A program made the translations under genes and the position numbers. This document shows positions 32,240 through 42,285 of a stretch of DNA of 64,000 nucleotides, in pieces. Source of the DNA: an uncultured delta proteobacterium. GTDB taxonomy: Bacteria; Desulfobacterota; Desulfobacteria; Desulfobacterales; Desulfosalsimonadaceae. The DNA lies in NCBI GenBank assembly GCA_963826785.1, contig CAWGYD010000010.1, positions 160,001 through 224,000 on the forward strand. The letters run 5' to 3'. The notes beneath the pieces are model-generated. The model was not told the DNA's origin and did no database searches. It saw only the letters and a program-made list of their open reading frames with translations. The first letter of the stretch is position 1; each line of letters begins with the position of its first letter.

Positions 32240-34123
32240 TCATCCGAAAAATTCATGATACCACAATGTGAAAATGATGACCGAAAAAGCGCGGTCTGCT
32301 GCGGAGACTAAGGTTTCCGGTCCGATCCGGTCTGATTTGACGTCGTCAAAAAGCTTCCGGGCAAATGCCGGATCGATGACCCCCTGCTCTTTTATCAGGC
32401 CGCCATAGATGATTTCCTGTAAAAAATCAGGCAAATCTGCGGGGTTTGACAGCCAGTCGGCCATGGGAATGGTAAAGGGCTGCTTCCGCCGATGGACGGT
32501 CGCCGAGTCCAGAAGCCCTGAATTAAGATATGCGTATCGACAGATGTATTTTTCCTGGTCTGTTTCGATATTGGCCTTCAGAATATCCGGAAGGACCGCT
32601 GCAAATTCGGCCAGACGGTAATCCAGAAGCGGCGTGCGTGCTTCCAGAGAGTGCCTCATGGAGAGCCGGTCCAGCCGCAAAATGACATAATCGGGCAGCC
32701 TGAACCGGCTTTCAAAAGCAATGGCGGTATTCAGATCGCTTTCCCTCCCCGACAAAAAGGGGCGTGCATCCGGCGGGAACAGATCCCCGTTGACATCGAT
32801 TCCGGTCATCTGCTTTATCTGGGCTTCCGAAAACAACCGCTCTGTCTGGATGTAGCGTTTATCCGGATCGGGCTCCCGGGCTGCCAGATACGCAGACAGT
32901 TCGGGATATGAATCCCCAAGTTTCTTTTTCAAATCGTCCGCCAGATTAGTATACTTTGCGGCAGCGGCTTCAATCATGAACTTACGGTATCCGGCAAAAA
33001 CTTCATCTGCGCCTTCGCCGGTCAGTACGACTTTCACCTGCTGCGCGGCCAGTGCGCAAACCTGGTCGGTGGGAATGAGTGTACCTAAAGAGATGGGCTC
33101 CTCCAGAGACCGGATAATTCCGGGAAGGGTGTCGAGCTGCGCCTTTCGGCAATACCGGACATGAAGATCGGCTTGATCAAATGTCTGTGATTTACGGGCA
33201 AGCAGGGATTTGACATGCGGCAGCTCATTGTATTTTTCTTCTTCGAAGGCAATCGTATAAAGCTTGATTTTGCCCTTGAGCAGCGCAGCCTGGGCGGAAA
33301 CCGCCGAAGAATCGATCCCTCCGGAAATCAGGGTGCCCACCTCCACATCGGAGCGCAATCGGATGCGGACCGCGTCTGTAAACAATTCCGTAAACCTGGC
33401 GGAAGCATCCTCAATCTTCATTTCGGGAATGATCCGATCCAGCCGGTAATCCCAGTACCGGTGGATCTCGTGGGTGCCGCTTTCGAGATCGTATTCCAGA
33501 TAGGACCCGGGGGGGAGACGGCGTACCTGGGCAAACAGCGTCTCGCCGCCGGGAACATATCGGTAGGTAAAGTAGGCGGCCATGCGGCTGCGGTTGATCC
33601 CCGGGGGATTGCCTGATGCATCGAGCATCGGTTTAATTTCCGATGAGAAAATAAAATCTCCGCCGCACTCCATATAGTATAGCGGTTTGATGCCGAACCG
33701 GTCACGAAAGAGGATCATCCGCCGCCGGGCGGGATCGAAGATCGCTCCGGCATACATTCCGTTCAGATACTGCAGAAATTCAAGGCCGAAGACGCGGTAT
33801 AAGTGAAGCGCCACCTCGATGTCGCCTCGGGAGACAAAGGGTTCGGATTTTACTTTTTCCCGCAATTCAATATAGTTATAGATCTGTCCATTGCAGATGA
33901 TCGTCGTGCCGTCGTGCGCCCGTATGGGTTGCATGCCCGTTTCCAGATCCAGAATGGAAAGCCGGACCAATCCCATCCCCACCTGCTTTCCCCCGTGGTC
34001 ATAAACGGCTTCCCTGCGGTCATCCGGCCCGCGATGGCGTTGAATCCGGCCCATGTGCAGGAGCGTTTGTCTTACCTCACCCTGAGTCCGTTTCGATGAT
34101 ATAATTCCGTGAATGCCGCACAT
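32240..34123 (-). CDS. Asparagine synthase (glutamine-hydrolysing) family amidotransferase
   Basis: Ntn start MCGIHG, HRGPD, NGQIYN, RDRFGIKPLY, SGGIDSS and TGEGADEVFAGY. Confidence 0.93.
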   Translation of the reverse strand: MCGIHGIISSKRTQGEVRQTLLHMGRIQRHRGPDDRREAVYDHGGKQVGMGLVRLSILDLETGMQPIRAHDGTTIICNGQIYNYIELREKVKSEPFVSRGDIEVALHLYRVFGLEFLQYLNGMYAGAIFDPARRRMILFRDRFGIKPLYYMECGGDFIFSSEIKPMLDASGNPPGINRSRMAAYFTYRYVPGGETLFAQVRRLPPGSYLEYDLESGTHEIHRYWDYRLDRIIPEMKIEDASARFTELFTDAVRIRLRSDVEVGTLISGGIDSSAVSAQAALLKGKIKLYTIAFEEEKYNELPHVKSLLARKSQTFDQADLHVRYCRKAQLDTLPGIIRSLEEPISLGTLIPTDQVCALAAQQVKVVLTGEGADEVFAGYRKFMIEAAAAKYTNLADDLKKKLGDSYPELSAYLAAREPDPDKRYIQTERLFSEAQIKQMTGIDVNGDLFPPDARPFLSGRESDLNTAIAFESRFRLPDYVILRLDRLSMRHSLEARTPLLDYRLAEFAAVLPDILKANIETDQEKYICRYAYLNSGLLDSATVHRRKQPFTIPMADWLSNPADLPDFLQEIIYGGLIKEQGVIDPAFARKLFDDVKSDRIGPETLVSAADRAFSVIIFTLWYHEFFG

Positions 34124-34286
34124 GGACGCCTGACTCCTGACCAAGTGATTTGCCGGATGGACAGATGGACCCTGCCATCCCGGTGTTTGAAATTGTTTAA
34201 ATCCTGTAGCATCAGGGATTTTATTGTCAAGCGATTATCCGGATGTTCATCTATGACTGCGTGCAGGCGCATTGGGGTCTGCCGCG

Positions 34287-34315
34287 TTGACAATAGCAAA
34301 AGTGAACATTACTGT
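34287..34315 (+). promoter_or_regulatory. Candidate sigma-70 promoter for the cereblon gene
   Basis: TTGACA-17 nt-TACTGT; a divergent TTGACA lies on the minus strand at 34225-34230. Confidence 0.4.
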
Positions 34316-34386
34316 TTTTGCGGGTGGGGAACAATTGAGGCTTTTGATCTCTCTTCATCGTATTTTATGCACCAGGCAACGGGGAA

Positions 34387-34821
34387 ATGGAATTTATCCG
34401 TCAATCAGACTGGCAGCTTTTTTTCAAAGACCGTGATGAATACCAGGGAAGAGACGGCTCACGATCCTTGATCGAAACCGAGGAGCAGTCCACTTCCATA
34501 GAAGACGAGGAAAGTTTTCTGCTTTGCAGCCATTGCCGGTCCATCATTACCCATCCGTCCCAGAAATGGGCGGTAAACGGGTCGCATCAATATACCTTTG
34601 CCAATCCCCATGGCCTGATATTCGACATCGGCTGCTTTAAATCAGCCGTCGGTGTTGTCTCAGTGGGCCCATCCACCGATGAGTTCACCTGGTTCCGGGG
34701 GTTTAGGTGGCAAATCGCCCTGTGTCGATCCTGCCAGTCTCATATGGGTTGGTCTTTTTCAGGAAGCGACAGCCGGTTTTATGGTCTGATTCTGGATCGA
34801 CTGGTGGAATCGGATGATTAA
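34387..34821 (+). CDS. Cereblon family (CULT domain) protein
   Basis: CSHC and CRSC Zn ligands, FANPHG, aromatic cage FTWFRGFRW...MGWSF and FYGLILDRL. Confidence 0.9.
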   Translation: MEFIRQSDWQLFFKDRDEYQGRDGSRSLIETEEQSTSIEDEESFLLCSHCRSIITHPSQKWAVNGSHQYTFANPHGLIFDIGCFKSAVGVVSVGPSTDEFTWFRGFRWQIALCRSCQSHMGWSFSGSDSRFYGLILDRLVESDD

Positions 34822-35078
34822 ACATCATCCGGATATATCGAAAATTAAGGAAAATTATTTGACATGGCCCTGTAAACCCTCTTGAATGGAAGTCCAAAGA
34901 GGTCGTCTACAGAAAAATAGGCTTGACGATTGGCCTTTCGGACAATGTTTGTTATTGACATATCAGTTAAATTTTTTTAGATTAAACACAAAAAATTACA
35001 TGTCAAATAAAGTTCAGCTGTATTTACGAGCAAAGTTACATCGAAGCGTCAAATACGTACCATCGCGGATAATTTATC

Positions 35079-36017
35079 ATGTCGAAACGGGGAAAACTCT
35101 TCATTCTTCTGACCGCATGCATGCTGATGCTCACCCCCCCTGCCTTTGCTCAGTTGATCGAATTATCTGAGATTCAGGACGGCATATTCCATATCTCCCC
35201 TCGGAATATGTTTTTTTCCTCTTCCCTGTATTACAACGACCAGTACATTGATGATGACCAGGCACGAGAGTTTAGCAATGCGGCCAGGGTCGATCTCACC
35301 CGGGAAGTCGATGGGAATTACCCCTTTTCAGTTATCGACGGCTATACATTAAGCTCTGACCTGGTGCTGATCGATAAAGATTATTGTACCGAAGATGTCG
35401 TTTTTCCTTTCCCGGTTAAATCTTACCTGAGCCGTCACAATATTTCCGTTACCCAGTACACAAATGAAAAATATCCACCGGAAGTATTTTTTAATGTGAT
35501 TAAAATACCCGAGCCTCTTAAAACTCAAGATGCTAAAATAGTCGAATTTGCGTATTTTCGAATTCACAATTATGAAAATGAGCAAAATGAGTATGTGCGC
35601 AGAACTTATTTCCCAGATGCGAATGACAATGCCTATCTGATTGATGCCCAAGTTCGAGTGATGAGCGGAAACGTGGCACACTGGATCCACGAAACGGCTG
35701 CCCCCAGGTGTCCGCCCCAACCGAATCGCTGCCTTGATTGCCTGCCCAAATCCGCCTGCAAAAAACCTGAAACCATTCGCCTGATCCGCGTAGGTTCCCT
35801 TAACCCCTGCATCGGCGAACCATTTTTCCCTGAACGCCCTTCTCCCAGATGTTTCATTTATCCCGATACACCTGAAAACACCACCCCGGCGGCAACTAAC
35901 GCCAGTTATAATTATCACACCTTCCCCAGGCACCCCAATACCCGCCAGAGCGACCCAAGCCTGTCACGACAAACCCCGCCATCTACTGCAGGTTGTGTAC
36001 AGTGCCAAAATAAATAA
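35079..36017 (+). CDS. Hypothetical exported protein with a Cys/Pro-rich C-terminus
   Basis: 312-aa ORF with a Sec-type signal (..PPAFA|Q); no family recognised; AT-richer than the flanks. Confidence 0.65.
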   Translation: MSKRGKLFILLTACMLMLTPPAFAQLIELSEIQDGIFHISPRNMFFSSSLYYNDQYIDDDQAREFSNAARVDLTREVDGNYPFSVIDGYTLSSDLVLIDKDYCTEDVVFPFPVKSYLSRHNISVTQYTNEKYPPEVFFNVIKIPEPLKTQDAKIVEFAYFRIHNYENEQNEYVRRTYFPDANDNAYLIDAQVRVMSGNVAHWIHETAAPRCPPQPNRCLDCLPKSACKKPETIRLIRVGSLNPCIGEPFFPERPSPRCFIYPDTPENTTPAATNASYNYHTFPRHPNTRQSDPSLSRQTPPSTAGCVQCQNK

Positions 36018-36202
36018 AGACAACCTACTCGATCTGAGACGCAATCCATCTAACCGATTTTCTGTTTTGCAAATTTATCCGACATAGATTAGCCCATCAG
36101 CCAAATTCATATCGGAAAGTGCATGCATCTGTGCCAACGTTATTGTATTCCTTCCAACATGAATTAACTTTGAAATGAGATAAAAAAAACGGGATAAAAA
36201 AC

Positions 36203-36231
36203 TTGACATTGAAATATAAATGAAATATTTT
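36203..36231 (+). promoter_or_regulatory. Candidate sigma-70 promoter of fusA
   Basis: TTGACA-17 nt-TATTTT with an A-rich upstream tract. Confidence 0.55.
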
Positions 36232-36297
36232 TATAAAATTTTACTCGCCCCTGAATAAGGTGCGCGAAATTTCATCTCAGGAAAGTAGAAAGCCATC

Positions 36298-38388
36298 ATG
36301 AGTACCGACATTCAAAAATTCAGAAATATCGGCATCAGCGCCCACATCGATTCGGGCAAGACCACCCTGACGGAACGGATCCTGTATTTCACCAAGCGGA
36401 TCCACCGGATTCACGAAGTGCGCGGCAAGGACGGCGTCGGCGCCACCATGGACTCCATGGAACTGGAAAAGGAACGCGGAATCACCATCGCTTCCGCTGC
36501 GACCCGCTGTACCTGGAATCACCATGAAGTCAATATCATCGATACCCCCGGACACGTGGATTTTACCATAGAAGTCGAGCGGGCCCTTCGCGTTCTTGAC
36601 GGTGCCATTCTGGTACTCTGCGCAGTGGGCGGGGTCCAGTCCCAGTCGATCACGGTGGATCAGCAGATGAAGCGCTACCATGTGCCCTGCATCGCTTTTA
36701 TCAATAAATGCGACAGAAGCGGTGCGGACCCGTTCCGCGTCATCGGGCAGCTCCGGGAAAAATTGAACCATAATGCGGTTGCGATGCAGATTCCCATCGG
36801 TCTCGAAGCCGATCTCGAAGGCGTCATTGACCTGATTTCCATGAAGGCGCTCTATTTTGAGGGCGACTTTGGCGAAATCATCCGGACCGATGAAATTCCG
36901 GCCTCTATGATGGAAATGGCCCGATCCAGAAGAGAAGAACTGATTGACGCGGCCTCCATCTTTTCTGACGAACTCACAGAGGCGGTCCTTGAAGAACAGC
37001 CGATTCCGGAAAAAATGATCATCGAAGCTGTCCGCAAGGGGACCTTAAAGCGCGAAATCACTCCTGTTTTTATGGGTTCAGCCTATAAAAACAAAGGCGT
37101 ACAACCCGTTCTCGACGCCGTTACGCTGTTCCTGCCAGCCCCCAGTGAAGTGACCAGCGAGGCACTGGACCTCAACGATAAGGAAAAGCCGGTGATTCTC
37201 ACCGCAGATGCAGAGGCTCCGCTGGTTGCGCTGGCGTTTAAGCTGGAAGACGGGCAGTTCGGACAGCTGACGTATCTGCGTGTTTACCAGGGAAGTTTAA
37301 AAAAAGGGGATGCGGTCATCAATGCCCGCACCGGCAGGAAAATCAAGATTGGCCGGATTGTGCGGATGCATGCGGATCAGATGGAAGATCTGGATAATAT
37401 TTCCGCCGGAGATATCGGGGCTTTCTTTGGCATCGACTGCGCTTCCGGTGACACCTTTACGGCGCCCGGCATAAACCTGTCGCTGACTTCAATGTATATT
37501 CCCGAACCGGTTATCTCGCTTGCCATAAAGCCCGTGGACATCAAGGCGGAGACCAACATGTCCAAGGCCTTAAACCGGTTTTCCAAAGAGGATCCGACAT
37601 TTAAAACGTTTGTTAACAAGGAAACCGGCGAAACCCTGATTTCGGGCATGGGGGAACTCCATCTTGAAATCTACCTGGAAAGGATGCGCCGGGAATACAA
37701 GGCCGAGGTCATCGCCGGCGAACCAAGCGTGGCCTATCGGGAGACCATTACCCGGCGCAGCGATTTTGATTATACCCACAAGAAACAGACGGGTGGATCG
37801 GGCCAGTTCGGTCGGATTGCCGGATATATGGAGCCGCACGAGGATTCCGAATTTATTTTCGAAAACAAGGTTACCGGTGGCTCGATTCCCACTCAGTATA
37901 TCCCGGCTTGTGAAAAAGGGTTTGTTTCCTGCCTGGAAAAAGGCCCCTGGATGAAATATCCCGTCACCGGCCTTAAGATCACCATCAACGACGGCGCTTC
38001 CCATTCCGTTGACTCCTCGGATATGGCTTTTCAGGCGACTGCCCGTGGGGCTTTCCAGCAGGCCTATGCCAAGGCCGGCCCTGTGCTGCAGGAACCCATC
38101 ATGAAAGTGGTGGTGGAAACACCGGGGGAATTCCAGGGTGCCGTCATGGGATCCTTGAACCAGCGGCGGGGCATGATCATTGGTTCCAGCGACATGGGCA
38201 GCATGACTGCGATTGAAGCCCAGGTCCCATTGGCTGAAATGTTCGGCTATTCCACGATTCTGCGCTCCATGACCCAGGGCAAGGCCCAGTTTACCATGGA
38301 GTTTGACACCTACAAACAGGTGCCGCAGTCCGTGGTCGAGGACATATTGAAGAAAAGAGATGACAAGAAAACCAAGACTGGCACCTGA
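36298..38388 (+). CDS. fusA: Elongation factor G (mtEFG1-like type, outside the str operon)
   Basis: [49 protein letters not shown] and GMGELHLEI. Confidence 0.96.
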   Translation: MSTDIQKFRNIGISAHIDSGKTTLTERILYFTKRIHRIHEVRGKDGVGATMDSMELEKERGITIASAATRCTWNHHEVNIIDTPGHVDFTIEVERALRVLDGAILVLCAVGGVQSQSITVDQQMKRYHVPCIAFINKCDRSGADPFRVIGQLREKLNHNAVAMQIPIGLEADLEGVIDLISMKALYFEGDFGEIIRTDEIPASMMEMARSRREELIDAASIFSDELTEAVLEEQPIPEKMIIEAVRKGTLKREITPVFMGSAYKNKGVQPVLDAVTLFLPAPSEVTSEALDLNDKEKPVILTADAEAPLVALAFKLEDGQFGQLTYLRVYQGSLKKGDAVINARTGRKIKIGRIVRMHADQMEDLDNISAGDIGAFFGIDCASGDTFTAPGINLSLTSMYIPEPVISLAIKPVDIKAETNMSKALNRFSKEDPTFKTFVNKETGETLISGMGELHLEIYLERMRREYKAEVIAGEPSVAYRETITRRSDFDYTHKKQTGGSGQFGRIAGYMEPHEDSEFIFENKVTGGSIPTQYIPACEKGFVSCLEKGPWMKYPVTGLKITINDGASHSVDSSDMAFQATARGAFQQAYAKAGPVLQEPIMKVVVETPGEFQGAVMGSLNQRRGMIIGSSDMGSMTAIEAQVPLAEMFGYSTILRSMTQGKAQFTMEFDTYKQVPQSVVEDILKKRDDKKTKTGT

Positions 38389-38450
38389 TCTGTCTAAACG
38401 ATGACAGCCGAATTTATTTCAGACCTGAAGTTTTTGAAAGATTGATAAAT

Positions 38451-39173
38451 ATGCTGAAAAAAAAACTGATTATTCGTGATCCGCTTCGCCTGCTGAATCA
38501 TAAGATGAATGACAATATCGACACCGGCGGCATCGGCGCCATTATCGCACGGGCGGGGGTGGGAAAAACCGCATTTCTCGTCCAGATCGCCCTCAGCACG
38601 CTGATCAAGGAAAAAAATGTGCTCCATATCAGTGTCCAGGATCCCGTCGATAAAGTGAACCTTTGGTATCAGGAGATTTTCCAAAACCTGACCTTTGACT
38701 ACGAAACCGGCCAGAAAAAGCAGCTATGGGACGAATTGCTGGGTCATCGATTTATCATGGCCTTTGAAACCGAAAGTTTTAATTTTCAAAAAATCAAAAA
38801 GCGGATTGAAGAGCTCAAAAACCAAAATATTTTCTCTCCGGACCTGACAATCATTGACGGACTGCTGCTTGAAAAAATCGACCGCACTGAAATCATGCAG
38901 TTTAAAGATTTCCTTCAGGAGCAGGGTATTTCCTTATGGCTTTCCATTGGCATGCACCGTCATGACGAATACGATTCCGATAAAATGCTCAGCCAGCTCG
39001 ACGAACCCTTGAAAAACATGTTTGACATGATCTTCCAACTGATCCCTGAAAAGCAGAGAATCCGCGTAAAAAGGATAAACCGGGACACGGAAAATAATAC
39101 ACAGACAGCTTTTTGCCTGGATCCGTCGACCCTGCTGCTCAAGGAAGCAGACGCTTCAACCGAACCTGCATAA
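38451..39173 (+). CDS. RecA/KaiC-like P-loop ATPase, unknown function
   Basis: Walker A ARAGVGKT, VLHIS and Walker B-like LTIIDG. Confidence 0.75.
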   Translation: MLKKKLIIRDPLRLLNHKMNDNIDTGGIGAIIARAGVGKTAFLVQIALSTLIKEKNVLHISVQDPVDKVNLWYQEIFQNLTFDYETGQKKQLWDELLGHRFIMAFETESFNFQKIKKRIEELKNQNIFSPDLTIIDGLLLEKIDRTEIMQFKDFLQEQGISLWLSIGMHRHDEYDSDKMLSQLDEPLKNMFDMIFQLIPEKQRIRVKRINRDTENNTQTAFCLDPSTLLLKEADASTEPA

Positions 39174-39352
39174 TTTTCATTTGTGTATTCTTTTCTTGCG
39201 CCTTTTTTCCCTGATGCGTTATCAGGGCATCAGATTGATGATTGTTTGCAGGTGAGACCCTTTTCTTCTGCCGCAATCCGTAAACAATTGAAAAATCATA
39301 TCAAGCTCGATCCCCAGATCTCCAGCCTTTGCGCCAGGATGGATTTATTTTA

Positions 39353-39381
39353 TTGAATTGTAATTAAATTGCTGGTATAAG
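39353..39381 (+). promoter_or_regulatory. Candidate sigma-70 promoter with extended -10
   Basis: TTGAAT-17 nt-TATAAG with the -10 preceded by TGG. Confidence 0.45.
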
Positions 39382-39469
39382 TTAACTTCAATAAAGATCC
39401 ATCTGCTGATTTGAAGACATCTATTCTAATTCAACGGCTACATCCGAAAAGGCGGCATAAGGAGCGGTT

Positions 39470-40474
39470 TTGATGAAATGGAAGATCCTTGTTGGTTTAT
39501 GCATCGTGATCGGCTGCTTGTCGATGGTGAATGGAACCGCTTTTGGTGAAGCGACGAAGCCTTCCTGCACGGTGTTGTTATTTCATCCAGACGCGGCCTC
39601 CACCAATGAGGCCGAAAGCCAGCAGATCACCGATCAATTTGTTCAATTGCTCAATCAAACCGATCTTTACTTCGTTATTGACTACAAAGACATCAAGAAG
39701 AATATCTCCTCCCAGAAGATCTGGCGCCTGACTGAAAGCTGTGCTGAAAAAGAGTGTGCCGTGGAAGTGGGGAAAATACTGAATTCGGATTACGTCATCT
39801 ATGGTGTACTGGGAAACGTCGGCAACCTTCGTTCTCTGGAAACCGCCCTGATCGATGTCAAGGATGGCGAGGTGGTCAACCAGGTCGAGACAACCTATGA
39901 GGGGACATGGGATGTATTTGCCCAGAAAGCACCGGAAGTGAATCTTCGATCGCTTCTGGGGGTCACCATTTCACCTCAGCCCGAATCCCAGCCCGAACCC
40001 CAAGCTACAGAATCGGAATCGACACATGTAAAACAGGTCATCGGCGATACGGAAGATGTTTCGTCTGAACCTGAAAAACAATTCACCATCGGACCCCGCC
40101 TCGGCGTGGCCGCAAGTGATGACGGGGTCGAATTCGGCGCCGGAATCGAAGCCCGCTTTGTGAATCTGTCTTTTAAGCTCTTTGGCAACCTGGATGGTCT
40201 GGGTACAGGGTTGGGTTATTACCTCCACCCCGTCGGCAACAGCCCTTTTCTGTCTGCCGTATTCACCTATTACGATAAAGAAAATCATGGTGTAGACGAA
40301 ATCGGCCGGATTTACGGCCTTGTGGCGGGGTACCGAATCAACTTCACCCCTCAGATGGATGCCTGCATCGGCATTGGGGCCGGATATGTCAACTGGGACC
40401 AAACCGAACCGCCCCATGACAGCGATGAGGAAATCGTCCCCCTTGGCGAAATTACCATCGGGTATATGTTTTAA
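39470..40474 (+). CDS. Hypothetical exported protein: TolB-N/CsgG-like domain, linker and C-terminal beta-barrel
   Basis: Signal peptide, CAEKECAVEVGKILNSDYVIYG, QPESQPEPQ linker, alternating beta-strands and terminal GYMF. Confidence 0.7.
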   Translation: MMKWKILVGLCIVIGCLSMVNGTAFGEATKPSCTVLLFHPDAASTNEAESQQITDQFVQLLNQTDLYFVIDYKDIKKNISSQKIWRLTESCAEKECAVEVGKILNSDYVIYGVLGNVGNLRSLETALIDVKDGEVVNQVETTYEGTWDVFAQKAPEVNLRSLLGVTISPQPESQPEPQATESESTHVKQVIGDTEDVSSEPEKQFTIGPRLGVAASDDGVEFGAGIEARFVNLSFKLFGNLDGLGTGLGYYLHPVGNSPFLSAVFTYYDKENHGVDEIGRIYGLVAGYRINFTPQMDACIGIGAGYVNWDQTEPPHDSDEEIVPLGEITIGYMF

Positions 40475-40509
40475 GCAAAACACACCTGTTTTTTGGATTG
40501 ATTCTACTC

Positions 40510-40544
40510 AAACTCCCTGGCTTAAAAACCAGGGAGTTTTTTTT
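40510..40544 (+). terminator. Intrinsic terminator
   Basis: AAACTCCCTGG-loop-CCAGGGAGTTTTTTTT. Confidence 0.85.
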
Positions 40545-40753
40545 CGCCTCTCCGCTCACTATCTTCATCATACCTGATTTCATTTTCGATTTTATCTCTA
40601 TGCCTGTCCGCAAATCGGCTCTTGAATCAATCCGCATCCGCTTTTTTGTCATGACCGGTAAAAGGAACTAAATATTGACTTATCCTGCAGATTTTAATAA
40701 AAAAAATTTCTTGGCATCTGTAATAAATTTTATTTTCTATGCGGAGGCATTCC

Positions 40754-41182
40754 TTGTATTCTAAACTGCTTGTTCTCCATTTCCCCGGCAGGGAACTCGA
40801 AAAGCCGGTGGTCTGCCATTTGACCAAATATTTCGATCTGACCTTCAACATTTTGAAAGCGACCATCCTTCCCCGCAAGGAAGGGATCATGGTGCTCGAG
40901 CTTTCCGGTCCCCGAAAGAATTTCAAGAGCGGAATTCAGTATCTGGAAAGCCAGGGGGTCATCGTCAAAAATGCCTCTTCGGAAGTCACCCGGGATAAAT
41001 CAAAATGCATCCATTGCGGCGCCTGCACCGCCGTATGCCCCACCGGCGCTCTTTTTATCAAGCGGCCCGAGATGCAGGTCATGTTTGAAAAGAATAAATG
41101 CAGTGTTTGTGAACTCTGCCTTCGGGCGTGCCTCACCCGGGCCATGAAAATCCAACCCACCTCCGAAACCTTTTTCGAATGA
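40754..41182 (+). CDS. NIL domain plus 2x[4Fe-4S] ferredoxin (MA1822-like)
   Basis: FNILKA (NIL), CIHCGACTAVCP and CSVCELCLRAC; GGAGG RBS before TTG at 40754. Confidence 0.88.
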   Translation: MYSKLLVLHFPGRELEKPVVCHLTKYFDLTFNILKATILPRKEGIMVLELSGPRKNFKSGIQYLESQGVIVKNASSEVTRDKSKCIHCGACTAVCPTGALFIKRPEMQVMFEKNKCSVCELCLRACLTRAMKIQPTSETFFE

Positions 41183-42285
41183 ACGATAAAATCGCCGTTG
41201 CCGTAAGCGGCGGCATTGATTCCCTGGTTGCAGCATACCTGTTAAAACAGCAGTCAGCAGAAATCATCGGTCTGCATTTCATCACGGGATATGAAAAATC
41301 GCCCGTAACAACGCTGCCGGATGACGCCGATGGGGAAAAACAACCCGACGGGCCGGTCCGCCTCTTTCCACCGCCGGATCATCATCCCATGGCCAATCTG
41401 TCAGAACAGATCGGCATCCCCGTTTTCATCGCCGACTGCCGCAGGTTGTTTCAGGAAAAAGTGATTCATTATTTCAAACAAACTTACTTTTCCGGGAAAA
41501 CCCCCAATCCCTGCGTGGTCTGCAATGCCGACATCAAATTTGGGGTCATCCTGGAAACCGCCCGGCAAATGGGGGCATCTTTTCTGGCGACCGGCCATTA
41601 CGCCAGGCGCTCACAAGAAGACAATCACCGGTTCGGGCTTAAAGCCGGTGTGGATGCGGCCAAAGACCAGTCTTATTTTCTCTGTCGCCTCACCCAGGAC
41701 CAGTTGGCCCATGCCTGCTTTCCCCTGGGTGATATGACCAAGAATCAGGTTCGGCAGTTTGCCGGTGCCAAACACCTGCTTCCAAGTGCCCGTCAGGAAA
41801 GCCAGGATATCTGCTTTATCGGTGAAAAGGGCTACGCAGGGTACCTGAATGCAAAAGCCACGGACGCTTGCCAGCCCGGCCCCATCGTCAATACGACCGG
41901 TGAAGTGATCGGCACCCATCGGGGATTGCATCAATACACCATCGGGCAGCGACGGAAAATCAACTGCCCGGCGGAAAGGCCTTACTACGTCCTTGCCCTG
42001 GATGTGGGCAGCAACCGCCTGGTGGTCGGATTCGAAGAGGACCTGTACCGAACCGAATGCGCCTTGGATGATATCAATTGGGTAGCGGAAAAGCCCGATT
42101 CGCCCATCGAGGTATTCACCCGGATCCGTTACCGGCACCGGGCCGCAGTTTCCACGCTTATCCCGATGGATGGCCGCCGGGCGCTGATCCGCTTCAAGAC
42201 GCCCCAGCCGGCCATCACCCCGGGCCAGGCCGCAGTCTGCTACATTGGGGAGCAGGTGGTTGCCGGAGGATGGATCGATGCCTGA
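41179..42285 (+). CDS. mnmA: tRNA 2-thiouridine(34) synthase MnmA
   Basis: SGGIDS, TPNPCVVCN, ATGHYA, KDQSYFL, ESQDICF and PGQAAV. Confidence 0.95.
   Translation: MNDKIAVAVSGGIDSLVAAYLLKQQSAEIIGLHFITGYEKSPVTTLPDDADGEKQPDGPVRLFPPPDHHPMANLSEQIGIPVFIADCRRLFQEKVIHYFKQTYFSGKTPNPCVVCNADIKFGVILETARQMGASFLATGHYARRSQEDNHRFGLKAGVDAAKDQSYFLCRLTQDQLAHACFPLGDMTKNQVRQFAGAKHLLPSARQESQDICFIGEKGYAGYLNAKATDACQPGPIVNTTGEVIGTHRGLHQYTIGQRRKINCPAERPYYVLALDVGSNRLVVGFEEDLYRTECALDDINWVAEKPDSPIEVFTRIRYRHRAAVSTLIPMDGRRALIRFKTPQPAITPGQAAVCYIGEQVVAGGWIDA

Noticed and set aside
30123..36290. Integrative element or prophage at tRNA-Leu
   Set aside because: No integrase, phage or transposase gene, and no repeat of the tRNA 3' end seen in the window.
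39977..40005. Tandem CAGCCCGAA repeat
   Set aside because: Only two copies, encoding a QPES/QPEP linker.
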